This document shows positions 33,274 through 48,923 of a stretch of 64,000 nucleotides of DNA, in pieces. Every line of letters begins with the position of its first letter. Within the stretch, counting starts at the first letter, position 1. The notes under the pieces were generated by a model, which did not search any database, was not told where the DNA came from, and saw only the letters and a program-made list of their open reading frames with translations. Location of the stretch: assembly GCF_009914755.1 (NCBI RefSeq), contig NC_060939.1. The stretch is one strand, 5' to 3'. The DNA comes from the human T2T-CHM13v2.0 reference genome, Homo sapiens. A program made the position numbers and the translations under genes.

Positions 33274-33442
33274 TGTGTGCGAGTGTGACAGCGGCTGTGG
33301 CTGTGGCCGTGGCCGTGGGAGGCGGGCCCGGCGGAGCCCAGCCGCGGGGGGACCGGCCCGGGCTCCCGCTCCCCGAGCGCGTCGCGGCCGCGTGGCCCAG
33401 CCGAGCCTTGAGACCACCCCGCCCCTGCCGGTCGCAGTCGCG

Positions 33443-33487
33443 ATGTCGGTGGCCGGGCTGAAGAAGCAGTTCCACAAAGCCAGCCAG
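33443..33487 (+). CDS. SH3GL3: First coding exon of endophilin A3 (N-terminal amphipathic helix H0 segment, MSVAGLKKQFHKASQ); the rest of the gene lies beyond the window
   Basis: ATG at 33443, 45 nt = 15 codons, then donor CAG|GTAGGG (phase 0) inside a CpG island. The peptide ...QFHKASQ matches endophilin A3 as recalled (SH3GL2 has HKATQ, SH3GL1 has YKASQ). Confidence 0.93.
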
Positions 33488-34350
33488 GTAGGGAGGCGCA
33501 GAGGAGGGAAGGAGGGAGGGGGACGCGGAGGCTGCGGCCCCCCGAGGCTCCCGGGCCTTTGGGACTCCTGTTCCCTGAAGGGCCTCTCTCGGGGCTCAAT
33601 TTCTTCCCGCCTAGGAGGGCGCGAGGGTGGGGTGAGGGGCCGCCTGCTCTCTCCTCGGCGTCTTGGCGCCTTCTCCTTCCCATTCCCTGGCCCCCGGCTC
33701 TGCCCTGGGCCGTTGTAAATCGGAGAGATTCTGCGGAGCGGAGGGCAGAGGTGGCGGCCGCGGGGACTCGGGAGGCGGAGACGGAGTGGGCGTGGGGGGG
33801 CCCCTACCCGCGCGAGGGGAGGACGACCACAGGGAGTACGATGCCGGCAGGGCCTCCCCCGAGTCTCCAGCCGTTTGGTTGGGAGAGCCTCGTGGGGGGC
33901 CCATCCTCCACCGGCCACCGGCGCCTCCAGAGATGCTGTGTATTTGGCGCTTGGCTGTGTCCCGCTGAGCTCCCCGCGCGCGCATCGAAATGGCCCCGTC
34001 TGGACTGTGCCCGGCTCCCCGGCTGGGGCTCTCTACCGCGGTCCTTCCCCTCCCCACCGTCTTCCCGGTGTCGGCCCGGGGCTGGGCATCACGCTTCTGC
34101 TCTTACAGAGCTGACAGCCTGCAGGGGAGACACGGAGACAGACACGTAAACAAACAGTGCTAGACACACCTCCACGCACAGAGGATGACAAATAACACAG
34201 TGGGGGCGTCAGGGAGAGCTTCCCGGAGGAGGAGACATGTCATTTGAGAATTAAGTATGAGGAAGAATTATGGCTGAGGGTGTGGGATGATAGGAGGAAA
34301 GCCGTTCTGAGCAGAGGAAACAGGAAAACAGGAGGGGAGACATGAAATTG

Positions 34351-34351
<1 letters not shown>

Positions 34352-34396
<45 letters not shown>
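34352..34396 (+). repeat. (TG)22 microsatellite
   Basis: Pure TG run. Confidence 0.98.
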
Positions 34397-34397
<1 letters not shown>

Positions 34398-36936
34398 GAT
34401 GACAAGCAAATTTGTTTTTCAACATCAACATTGCAGGCTCTTCCAGCTATGGCAGAGCTCACGTTGTAAAACCTGTTCCCCACCAGCACCGCTGGGTCTG
34501 TTGCTTCTCACCACCTCTCCCCGCAACCCCAGCCCCCATTTTGCTAGAGCCAGGGTAGACAGATTTCATTCAACGTCCACATTTGTGGTGAGGTCTCATC
34601 CTGCTTCTCCCACAAATTGGCCCATAGAAAGCAACTGCAATTAGAAGATTCTCTTCTTCTAGCCCCAGTTCCAGGCTGAAAGGCACTGCTGTCCCCTCAC
34701 TCACACTCTTTCCATATGGAAACTGGGTGATGCTGTTTCTAGCTGGGGGCACTGGGTGGACAGTGGTGCTATTCAAGGTGTTAAGGAGCCCTGGAGGAGA
34801 GGCTATTCAGGTGAGGGTGGAGATGATGGATTCACCACTGAACCCAGGGACTTTGAGGGGTCTTTGGGACATTCACATGTCACTGGCCTGGGTTGGGGTG
34901 CATATCCTGACCTGCAGCTCAGGGGGTGAGGCTGGTACTGGAGCTACAGATTTTTGGTGATTTCCAGCCTAAGCGGAGATTTAAAAATGTATGTGTAGAC
35001 AAAAGTGAGAAAAGGCACAGCGAGTTAAAGGCAGACTCTAGACAGCACCCCCATTTAGGGACAATGTTTAGCCCAGTAATTGTTGAGCAGTGACCACTCA
35101 ATAAATATTTATTGAATAGATGAAATTTTGGGGTGGCACAACACAGGAAAGAAAGAACTCGTAGATGACAGGAGAGAGAAGACCATCATGGAAGGGGGAC
35201 ATTTAAAGGCAGGAGCAATCAACAAGTGCTTCAGTGAGCTAGGTATTGTGGAGTGTCCTCAGCTGGTACAGCCAGGAGGCCGAGTGCTGCTGTGAGCAGA
35301 GCAGAGCAGAGCAGTGCCAGAGTAATCGCTGGCTGTACTTGTTACATTGGCTTCCTTAGCACTGGCAGGAAATGAACCTCCTCTTTTGAAAACTTTTCCT
35401 TTATTGGGTATGGACTTCACAGGGGCAAATCTCAAAGATAAGCAAATCTCAGAGATAACGTAAGCCCTTGGGTGATTTAAGTTGGTTTCTGACAGTAACC
35501 AGAATGAATGGTTGAAATCCTTGGAAGTTATTGGCACTGGAGAAATATTTTGCTAGTCATGGGTAGTTTGGTTTAACTACCTGTAATCAGTACATTAAAA
35601 ATGAAATGAACAGAACGTCTTATTTAGTCTTTTTTTTTTTTTTTTCGCATGAGCGGAAATAATTTATGACTTTACCTGAAAGGAGAGGCATCACAGATTC
35701 TCTCTGGGCTTCATAGCCATGTTTTGTGGTTAAAAGTACTCAGTAGATATGTTTTAATATGTTCTAGAAGTCTTTCTAAAAAATCTTGCAATGCAACAAT
35801 TTGGTGGAGAAATCAGACCGGTTTAATATAATATGAGGGAGCTCAATAATAAAAAATGCCAGATGTTTTTCTCAGACAACATTTTAACAGCAGGTTTTAA
35901 TTCATACAGAACTTACCTGGGGCAGGGGAAGGGAGCCCCAGATGATGTCAATGGCTAAAATAATTTCCAGGGATCTAGGTCTGGCTCAGCCACTGACCAG
36001 CTCTGTAACCTTGGGAACATAACTTAACCCATCTGGACCTTGGTTTCTATCTGTATGATGACTCAGGGAATTTAGAAGCTATGTTTCTGTTATAAAAATG
36101 ATTGTGGCAATGGTTTCACAACTCTGTGAATATGCTGAAAACCACTGAATTGTACACTTTAAGAGAATTGTATGGTATGTGAAATATATCTCAATAAAGT
36201 GATACGAATATGTCTCTGTGTCTCTGGGTGTGTGTGTATGTATACATCTCAGTGCTGAAATTCTTAAGTAAGTTAAGCATTTCAGAGTAAGACAAAGATG
36301 ATAAAGTGGACCTTTTACAGAGAAGGGATCCAGGACCATGGCAAACTGAGATAGTTTTCTGAAAGATAAGCGAGGTAAAATTAGCTATAACCCGGTTAAC
36401 TGTTCCTTTTTTCCTGATACCTTCCCTATCTCTGGGAAAAAACCCCTACTTTACAGAGAATGAAGACTCGTAAACCCTGGGGATTATGCATCATTTTGGC
36501 AGCACATGGAGACCAACAGGAAAGAGGAAGAAATATGCTAAAATGAGAAGAATATAAGTTAACAAAAAAATTTAATTAATTCTAAGTTTCAGCGTTTGAG
36601 ACTAGAACCCAAATTTTTCTTTTTTTTTTTTTCTAATATGCATTATCCTTTATTAAAATGGGATATTTTTCTTTTTTTTTTTTTTTAAGGTTATAGATTT
36701 TCTTTTTTTTTTTTTAATTTTTTTTTTTTCTATTATACTCTAAGTTTTAGGGTACATGTGCACATTGTGCAGGTTAGTTACATATGTATACATGTGCCAT
36801 GCTGGTGCGCTGCACCCACTAAAGTGTCATCTAGCATTAGGTATATCTCCCAATGCTATCCCTCCCCCCTCCCCCGACCCCACCACAGTCTCCAGAGTGT
36901 GTTATTCCCCTTCCTGTGTCCATGTGATCTCATTGT

Positions 36937-40787
<3,851 letters not shown>

Positions 40788-40826
40788 TCATTAGTTGATG
40801 CAGTTTCTTCCTAGTCTCGATGGTCT

Positions 40827-41843
40827 TTACATTTTGGCATGATTTTGCAGCGGCTGGTACCGGTTGTTCCTTTCCATGTTTAGCGCTTCCTTCAGGAGCT
40901 CTTTTAGGGCAGGCCTGGTGGTGACAAAATCTCTCAGCATTTGCTTGTCTATAAAGTATTTTATTTCTCCTTCACTTATGAAGCTTAGTTTGGCTGGATA
41001 TGAAATTCTGGGTTGAAAATTCTTTTCTTTAAGAATGTTGAATATTGGCCCCCACTCTCTTCTGGCCTGTAGGGTTTCTGCCGAGAGATCCGCTGTTAGT
41101 CTGATGGGCTTTCCTTTGAGGGTAACCCGACCTTTCTCTCTGGCTGCCCTTAACATTTTTTCCTTCATTTCAACTTTGGTGAATCTGACAATTATGTGTC
41201 TTGGAGTTGCTCTTCTCGAGGAGTATCTTTGTGGCGTTCTCTGTATTTCCTGAATCTGAACGTTGGCCTGCCTTGCTAGATTGGGGAAGTTCTCCCGGAT
41301 AATATCCTGCAGAGTGTTTTCCAACTTGGTTCCATTCTCCACATCACTTTCAGGTACACCAATCAGACGTAGATTTGGTCTTTTCACATAGTCCCATATT
41401 TCTTGGAGGCTTTGCTCATTTCTTTTTATTCTTTTTTCTCTAAACTTCCCTTCTCGCTTCATTTCATTCATTTCATCTTCCATTGCTGATACCCTTTCTT
41501 CCAGTTGATCGCATCGGCTCCTGAGGCTTCTGCATTCTTCACGTAGTTCTCGAGCCTTGGTTTTCAGCTCCATCAGCTCCTTTAAGCACTTCTCTGTATT
41601 GGTTATTCTAGTTATACATTCTTCTAAATTTTTTTCAAAGTTTTCAACTTCTTTGCCTTTGGTTTGAATGTCCTCCCGTAGCTCAGAGTAATTTGATCGT
41701 CTGAAGCCTTCTTCTCTCAGCTCGTCAAAATCATTCTCCATCCAGCTTTGTTCTGTTGCTGGTGAGGAACTGCGTTCCTTTGGAGGAGGAGAGGCGCTCT
41801 GCGTTTTAGAGTTTCCAGTTTTTCTGTTCTGTTTTTTCCCCAT
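40827..41843 (-). CDS. L1 ORF1p, intact 338 aa
   Basis: ORF track MGKKQNRKTGNSKTQ...NHAKM; full length with REKG, ARR and YPAKLS motifs intact. Confidence 0.97.
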   Translation of the reverse strand: MGKKQNRKTGNSKTQSASPPPKERSSSPATEQSWMENDFDELREEGFRRSNYSELREDIQTKGKEVENFEKNLEECITRITNTEKCLKELMELKTKARELREECRSLRSRCDQLEERVSAMEDEMNEMKREGKFREKRIKRNEQSLQEIWDYVKRPNLRLIGVPESDVENGTKLENTLQDIIRENFPNLARQANVQIQEIQRTPQRYSSRRATPRHIIVRFTKVEMKEKMLRAAREKGRVTLKGKPIRLTADLSAETLQARREWGPIFNILKEKNFQPRISYPAKLSFISEGEIKYFIDKQMLRDFVTTRPALKELLKEALNMERNNRYQPLQNHAKM

Positions 41844-42298
41844 CTTTGTGGTTTTATCTACTTTTGGTCTTTGATGATGGTGATGTACAGATGGGTTTTC
41901 GGTGTAGATGTCCTTTCTGGTTGTTAGTTTTCCTTCTAACAGACAGGACCCTCAGCTGCAGGTCTGTTGGAATACCCTGCCATGTGAGATGTCAGTGTGC
42001 CCCTGATGGGGGGTGCCTCCCAGTTAGGCTGCTCGGGGGTCAGGGGTCAGGGACCCACTTGAGGAGGCAGTCTGCCCGTTCTCAGATCTCCAGCTGCGTG
42101 CTGGGAGAACCACTGCTCTCTTCAAAGCTGTCAGACAGGGACACTTAAGTCTGCAGAGGTTACTGCTGTCTTTTTGTTTGTCTGTGCCCTGCCCCCAGAG
42201 GTGGAGCCTACAGAGGCAGGCAGGCCTCCTTGAGCTGTGGTGGGCTCCACCCAGTTCGAGCTTCCCGGCTGCTTTGTTTACCTAAGCAAGCCTGGGCA

Positions 42299-42514
42299 AT
42301 GGCGGGCCCCCCTCCCCCAGCCTCGTTGCCACCTTGCAGTTTGATCTCAGACTGCTGTGCTAGCAATCAGCGCGATTCCGTGGGCGTAGGACCCTCTGAG
42401 CCAGGTGTGGGATATAGTCTCGTGGTGCGCCGTTTCTTAAGCCGGTCTGAAAAGCGCAATATTCGGGTGGGAGTGACCCGATTTTCCAGGTGCGTCCGTC
42501 ACCCCTTTCTTTGA
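42299..42514 (+). CDS. L1 ORF0 (71 aa) in the antisense-promoter transcript; co-oriented with SH3GL3
   Basis: MAGPPPPASLPPCSLISDCC...RCVRHPFL, 216 nt. Internal donors CAG|GTGTGG (42404/5) and CAG|GTGCGT (42489/90). Confidence 0.88.
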   Translation: MAGPPPPASLPPCSLISDCCASNQRDSVGVGPSEPGVGYSLVVRRFLSRSEKRNIRVGVTRFSRCVRHPFL

Positions 42515-44745
42515 CTCGGAAAGGGAACTCCCTGACCCCTTGCGCTTCCCAGGTGAGGCAATGCCTCGCCCTGCTTCGGCTCGCGCACGGTGCGCACACA
42601 CACTGGCCTGCGCCCACTGTCTGGCACTCCCTAGTGAGATGAACCCGGTACCTCAGATGGAAATGCAGAAATCACCCGTCTTCTGCGTCGCTCACGCTGG
42701 GAGCTGTAGACCGGAGCTGTTCCTATTCGGCCATCTTGGCTCCTCCCCTCAGAACCCAAATTTTTCAAGTGCATAGTTAAATATTTTTTCTCTTGACAAG
42801 ATTTTTTTGATAGAGCTGTTTACTCTTCTGGTAGAGATGTAGCTTGAGCTATTATAAATAAATACAAATAGCATAGATATGGCATTGTGGTTTCTTGTTA
42901 AACGTGGTACCTCACCAATAAAAATATAGCTTACAATATTTACATTTGTGTTACCACTCACTGATTTGTATTTGTATGCTTATTTCATAGTAATTTTTCT
43001 TGACAGCATTTATTGTTGAAGAAGGAAGTTCAGGGCACACCTATGTGTGTTCTGACCTGGAAAGTACTAATAGTCATATTCTTTCCATTTCTGGACCTTC
43101 TTGTCTTCCAGGGTCCTTGTTCTGCATCCCATAAAAGTCCAGGGACCAGTTTCATCTCTTCTCCTCCTCTCCTTCTCTCCCAAGACTAACCATCTACTGA
43201 TGACACTTGTGGGCTCCATGTTAAATTTACTTCTTTATGCCTTTTAACTTCTGTCATGTGACTCAGCAACACATGCCAGAGGTTAAAGGACACTGCTTGT
43301 AGGGCAGAAAGAAGGGGAGCCTCTAACACAGTGCTTTTTTACAACTTTTCCCCCTTTCTCTTTTAATGCATTAGCCAGAAAAATGATAAGGGGTCATGAG
43401 GGGCCTGGACGTATTCCCTGTAATCACTGACTATACAGGCTGGCCATTTAGGGGTAAATGCTTCAGAGAAGGATATTCTTTGTAAATCATGAGATTCTCT
43501 AGGGAGGCAATGAATGTCTCTTGTTTCACTATCTCATTAGAGAGAAAGATAAAATGCACTTTGCACAATCCATAATGATTTATTTTTTTCTCTTAGACGC
43601 ATCAGAAAATATATTAAAGCTAAAACATTCTTGCTCCTTTTCACATAGATTGCTTGATAAACTAATTGATAAATCCTTTTTTTTAAAGTCAGGGTGTGAA
43701 GATAGATGTTTAAAATGGATTGATTTTGATTTTTTAAAATATCTTAAGGATATAATACAATCCATATATTTCTTACCACTGAGGACTTTTTGTTCTATAA
43801 AGTAAATGTAACTCATGGTATCACTTGGAATTTGATTTAAAAATGCATTTGAAAGCAGGGATTTTTTTCCCTATTGCTTTAGTTTAATTTTTCAGCTTTA
43901 TTAACAAACGGAATGTAAATTAATTTCCCAAAGTTAAGTGTGTGTGTGGGTATCTCATGTGTATTTGGGGAAGCTATTACTGGCATGCTTTGCCCAGAAG
44001 ATAGAACTGTCAGTAAACAACTGACACACTGTTCGGCTAAATAGTGAACATATTCTGGAGAATCTTTAGCAGCAAAATGTGGACAGTTAGATTTTGCTTT
44101 TCAACAGAAACCTGGGAAAGTGTTGAGCTGAGGGGAGAGTCTGAGAGAAGTACTATTGATGAGATCAGGGAGGCATTGTTTCCAGTTCTAACTATTCTAG
44201 TTCTTTGAAATGCTTTCCCAATGGGAATTCCTTCCCAATTTCCAGGGTCATCCCAATGTTTTTACCACACACAGCACCAGCAGCCAGTGGCCTTCCTGAG
44301 CCAGGTGTTGTTCCTTCTGACTTCCAAATCCAGTGGATAATGGTGTCTTTTCCCCGTCCCTGGCTACATCTTCCTCAGACAGTAATGCTACTAAGTACTT
44401 TGCCTGTTCAAATCATCCATCCGTGGTAGAGGCTGCTGATATTTCAGGCTGGATAACTTGAGTCCTCCCTAGTGAATCTGATATCCGAGTCAAATCTTCT
44501 CATCCTTGTCCACCTTTCTTTCTTCTGGGCCACAAATCAAAACTCTGGAGGGTCTTGTGAGCTCATATGTAGTGCTTCAGTGCTTCTCCAGTGCAACAGT
44601 GGAAGACACACCTGGCTAGTCACACCATTGTGCTTCCAATCCCATCTCCTCTCATTTTCTCAGGGACTTTGCTCTTGTTGCCATCTCTTCTCTGCACTAT
44701 TGTTTCTTCTCTCCTGGATAAATTTCACTGTAGGACAAAGAAGGG

Positions 44746-45293
44746 TGTATTAGTCAGGGTTCTCTAGAGGGATAGGACTAATAGGTTAGATGTATATATG
44801 AAAGGGAGTTTATTAAGGAGTATTGACTCACACGATCACAAGGTGAAGTCCCACAATAGGTTATCTGCAAGCTGAGGAGCAAGGAAGCCAGACTGAGTCC
44901 CCAAACCTCAAAAGTAGGGAAGCTGACAGTGCAGCCTTCAGTCTGGGCCGAAGGCCCGAGAGCCCCTGGCAAACCACTGGTTTAAGTCCAAGAGTCCAAA
45001 AGCTGAAGAACTTGGAGTCCAATGTTCGAGGGCAGGAAGCATCCAGCACGGGAGAAAGATGAAGGCCAGGAGACTCGGCCAGTCTAGTCTTTCCACATTC
45101 TTCTGCCTGGTTTATTCTAGCTGCGCTGTCGGCTGATTAGATGGTGTCCACCCAGATTGAGGGTGGGTCTGCCTCTCCCAGTCCACTGGCTCAAATGTTA
45201 ATCTCCTTTAGCAACACCCTTACAGACACACCCAGAAACAGTACTTTGCATTCTTCAATCCAATCAAGTTGACACTCAACGTTAGCCATCACA
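44746..45293 (-). mobile_element. MLT2A (HERV-L) solo LTR, MLT2A2-sized
   Basis: tgtattagtcagggttctctagaggga...caatccaatcaagttgacactcaa...ccatcaca; 548 bp. Confidence 0.9.
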
Positions 45294-45888
45294 CTAGGGT
45301 TTAAGAAAATGATGGCAGGTCTAAGCGAGTCATGGAGGGTTTATGAAAGATGGGTCTTGGAAAGGGAGTTTTGTGTATAATTGGGTTGGCTGGGATTCCG
45401 GAAAGGAATTTCAGAATTTAGCCCTGGTTTCAGGGATACACTGATGCAGGACCAGAGCAACAAGATTTTCTCAGAATATTGATCTACGCCTAGTAAAAAC
45501 TTGCAAGAGGATTTGATTTTAATTCTGAAATCGATTTCTTTATACTTTCAACCTTCTTCTGAACTACAGCTTTTTCATGTTATACAGTTTCTGCCTAATT
45601 TCAAATTGAAAGTGCTGCCTTCTTCATTTAAAATGATAATTTCATTTCTTGAGATAGAGTTTTGCTCTTAAAGCTTTCCAGAGTCATATCTCAAGAGTTC
45701 AGCTTTTTGCCACGTCTCACGACATACAATTTGCAGGTCATGCATCATTGCCTTCTGCTCTTCTTCCTTCTCTCCTTGAAAAGGTACATTTTCTTTTTAA
45801 CTGGAGTGGTGACTCTCACTCTCAACTTTTTCATCAGTTCCTGTGGCTGTTTCCCCCCCACCCCCAGTTCTCACCCTGTTATTGTGAC

Positions 45889-46172
45889 CTTCCCTTTCCC
45901 CTTTCCCTTTCCCTCTCCCCTCCCCTCCCGTCCCCTCCCCTCCCTCCCTCCCTCCCTCCCTGCCTCCCTCCCTCCCTTCCTTCCTTCCTTCCTTCCTTCC
46001 TTCCTTGCTTCCTTCCTTCCTTCCTTCCTTGACAGGGTCTTGCTGTGTCACCCAGGCTGGAGTGCAGTCATGTGTTCATAGCTCACTGCAGCCTTGACCT
46101 CCTGGGCTCAAAGGATCCTCTCACTTTAGTGTCCTAAGTAGCTGAGATTAAAGACGGATGCTGCCACACCTG
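45889..46172 (-). repeat. Polypyrimidine (CCCTT/CCCT/CCTT)n tract forming the tail of an Alu right-arm monomer (46031-46172)
   Basis: ~140 nt of nearly pure C/T followed by gacagggtcttgctgtgtcacccagg. Confidence 0.9.
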
Positions 46173-46712
46173 GCTTTGGCTTTTCTTGATGTGTCTAAAT
46201 TGTTCCATGTAACCAGGCAATTTCATGTGTCTTTAATTTTTCTAAAAGCCATGCATTCCACTGCTCAAGGTACTGGTTTCCTTGTTTACATTATTCTTCT
46301 ATAATGTGGTATATACTCATGACCTTCGACACATACTTTTCCAGTGTCTAATTGAATTCAAATACTGTTTCATCAGGTTCGACTTACAGTTTATCTAAAT
46401 GAGATTCCCAAAGGAAGAAGTACTCATACCGTAGGAGGTTTTTCTTTGCCTTTTCAGTAAATGGCCTGGGAAACAGAACTTTCATGTTTTATTAAGAATT
46501 TATGGTGCTTTGTGCTGTCTTTATTAGCTTTTTGATTATTTAGAAAAACTGCATCATCTTTAATAAGTGATGTTCATCTTTAAAAAATTATATGTGTGCG
46601 GATGTGTTTATATGAATATTCTAAAAACTACGTAAACTGTATAAGAGTCTGATGGTCTTGGTATGATGCTGTGAATCATGATTCTGGTTGTTATCTTAAA
46701 ATACGGTACACA

Positions 46713-47006
46713 GGCCGGGTGCGGTGGCTTACACCTGTAATCCCAGCACTTTGGGAGGCCGTGGCAGGCAGATCCCGAGGTCAGGAGATCGAGACCAGCC
46801 AGACCAACATGGTGAAACCCCGTCTCTACTAAAATACAGAAAATTAGCTGGGCGTGGTGGCGGGCACCTGTATTCCCAGCTACTCAGGAGGCTGAGGCAG
46901 GAGAATGGTGTGAACCCGGGAGGCGGAGCTTGTAGTGAGCCGAGATCACGCCACTGCACTTCAGCCTGGGCGACAGAGCGAGACTCCATCTCAAAAAAAA
47001 AAAAAA
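46713..47006 (+). mobile_element. Alu
   Basis: TSD about TAC(G/T)GTACACA. Confidence 0.95.
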
Positions 47007-48923
47007 GTACTGTACACAATAGAAGTAACTAAATTTCCTTGTTAATTGTTTGTTACAATGAATTCTCATCAAATTTTTAACCACAGCTATTCTAAATTTT
47101 TGTCATCCACAGTTTTGATTTTTCTCATAAAGTCATCTGCAGTCAGATTCATGGAAAAGACTCTAATAAGTAGCCTTGAATACATGTTTCTGATAACTTA
47201 AAAATCAATGGATTAAGTACAAATTTCCAAAAGTCTAATTAAAATAACTGACATATTCATGAAACTGCTAACCAAGATCAAACAGAGCAACAGTTAATTA
47301 CATGGGACTAAACTGATAATGGATTATAATTTTTATGACTTTTATTTAGAATATTGCTAATTCTTTAATATTTTATTTTCCAGATTTAAGGAAACTTTTT
47401 TCTTAAGGTACCTATAGCAATTTGGTTATGTATACTCTTGTGAATAATATTAAAATGTTTGCTTTTTCTCCCTATCTTATCTCTCTAAAATTAAAAAAAA
47501 CTATTCGTGAGTATTTTTTATTTTATGACAATGTATTTACATAATTTTGATAAAAATTTATTTTTTAAATAACAAGATACAATTTAAAATGTTAATTATA
47601 TTAGCAAGGTTTGACTTAGACATCATATTTAAAAATTCTTGTAGGTACTTCGGATACAATCTGAAGCCCACCTTGATTTGGCCTTCTTGCTTCAGAAGTT
47701 AAAAAAAAAAGTTCAATCTGAGATTCAATCACTATTCTCACTGTACTTATGTAAATACTCAGGACAAATCTGATAAAACTAACTTATTTTACATACAAAT
47801 TAGTCTTGCTCTGAGTACTTTGGTAAAATTGGGATGACAGTGATATACCCTTTATTAGATTGTAGTCTTGTGAGTTGTTTTCAGGTTTTATTATATACTT
47901 GTAGAAGGGACTGGATCTTAAATTCTTCTAGGTTCCTCTAATCCAATTTTCTCCTATGGAATTTTTAAATAGAATTACTAACAATGGAAACCATTCTTTT
48001 CTAAAGCGCTGTAAGCTAAAACTAAACATCTTAATATAAATTACAAGGGACAAGCCTTGTGCCTGATATGTGGGCCACACAGAAAGTTCACCAAACCGCC
48101 TGATGCCATAGTCAGAGGCATTCAGACTGCAAAACTGCTGACTTCACACTGTGGACAGTGTTTCCCAAGGCCGTTGGAACAAGACATCATAATGAGATTC
48201 TTACCCCTTGTAATGCCTCCCTTCTTCACTTGACAGGATAATGCCATAATTAAAATTTCACAATCAGTAACAATTATGAGTAACTTAACAAAAGCTGATC
48301 TAAGAAATCCCTTAGTCCACTTATTGAGTAGCTTTGGCAATATCCCTAACAACTTTTTGTTCATATTGTACTAGTGGGCCCTTTTACAGAGTTAGCACTG
48401 TCTGCTTTAATTTAACCCAGTCATGGAATACTACCCAATGGCTATGCCAAGTCTTACCCAGTTTCTCCATGGTCTTTTGATTTGTTTAGTTGATTGCCCT
48501 TAGGCTTGGCAGAACTATTGCATAAACTAGATTTGTCATACTCCTGTTGTTTTTACTTTGTATTTTCCTTTTAAAAATATGTACCTGATGTCTGTCAAAT
48601 TTCTGCAGAAATGCAACTTCTAATAGAGTAATGTTTGTCTAGTGTCTTAAAATGATAGCCAACATCAATGGAACAGACAAAAATCAAACTTGATGACATC
48701 CAGACAAACAAAGCCTGAGAGCTTCTCCTTATGGCCTTCTTGTTGCTCAAATGTGGCTAAAATGGCTTGATACTGACTTCCAGCTGATAATCACCTGCCC
48801 CTGATGTTGTATAAGAATATCTATCCAGGACAGGTCCATCCTAGCACCCAGGGATATTCAAAACCTGAATACAGGCTGATCAATCTTTCTCCAAAGAAAG
48901 ATCTTGATTAAAAGGGGGAAACG

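Larger units (their letters stand above)
32900..34100. promoter_or_regulatory. CpG island / promoter of SH3GL3
   Basis: Very GC- and CpG-dense stretch around exon 1, contrasting with CpG-depleted flanks. Boundaries estimated by eye. Confidence 0.9.
45490..48923 (+). mobile_element. Degenerate ERV1 internal remnant (MER4/MER34 group) ending in a polypurine tract
   Basis: AAAAGGGGGAA immediately before the LTR start; AT-rich MER4-group-like interior. 5' boundary uncertain. Confidence 0.6.

Noticed and set aside
32929-34149. Long overlapping ORFs (258, 196, 180, 162 aa) and the open frame upstream of the SH3GL3 ATG
   Set aside because: These are expected from stop-codon scarcity in a GC-rich island and have Arg/Pro/Gly-biased composition. 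Only the 15-codon exon is recognisable, and there is no in-frame upstream ATG.
34482-34498. Possible REST/NRSE site (CAGCACC)
   Set aside because: Only the left half-site is present; there is no GGACAG half.
41846-42148. 100-aa + strand ORF in the L1 5'UTR as ORF0
   Set aside because: It has a GTG start and is not the ORF0 sequence; ORF0 is at 42299-42514.
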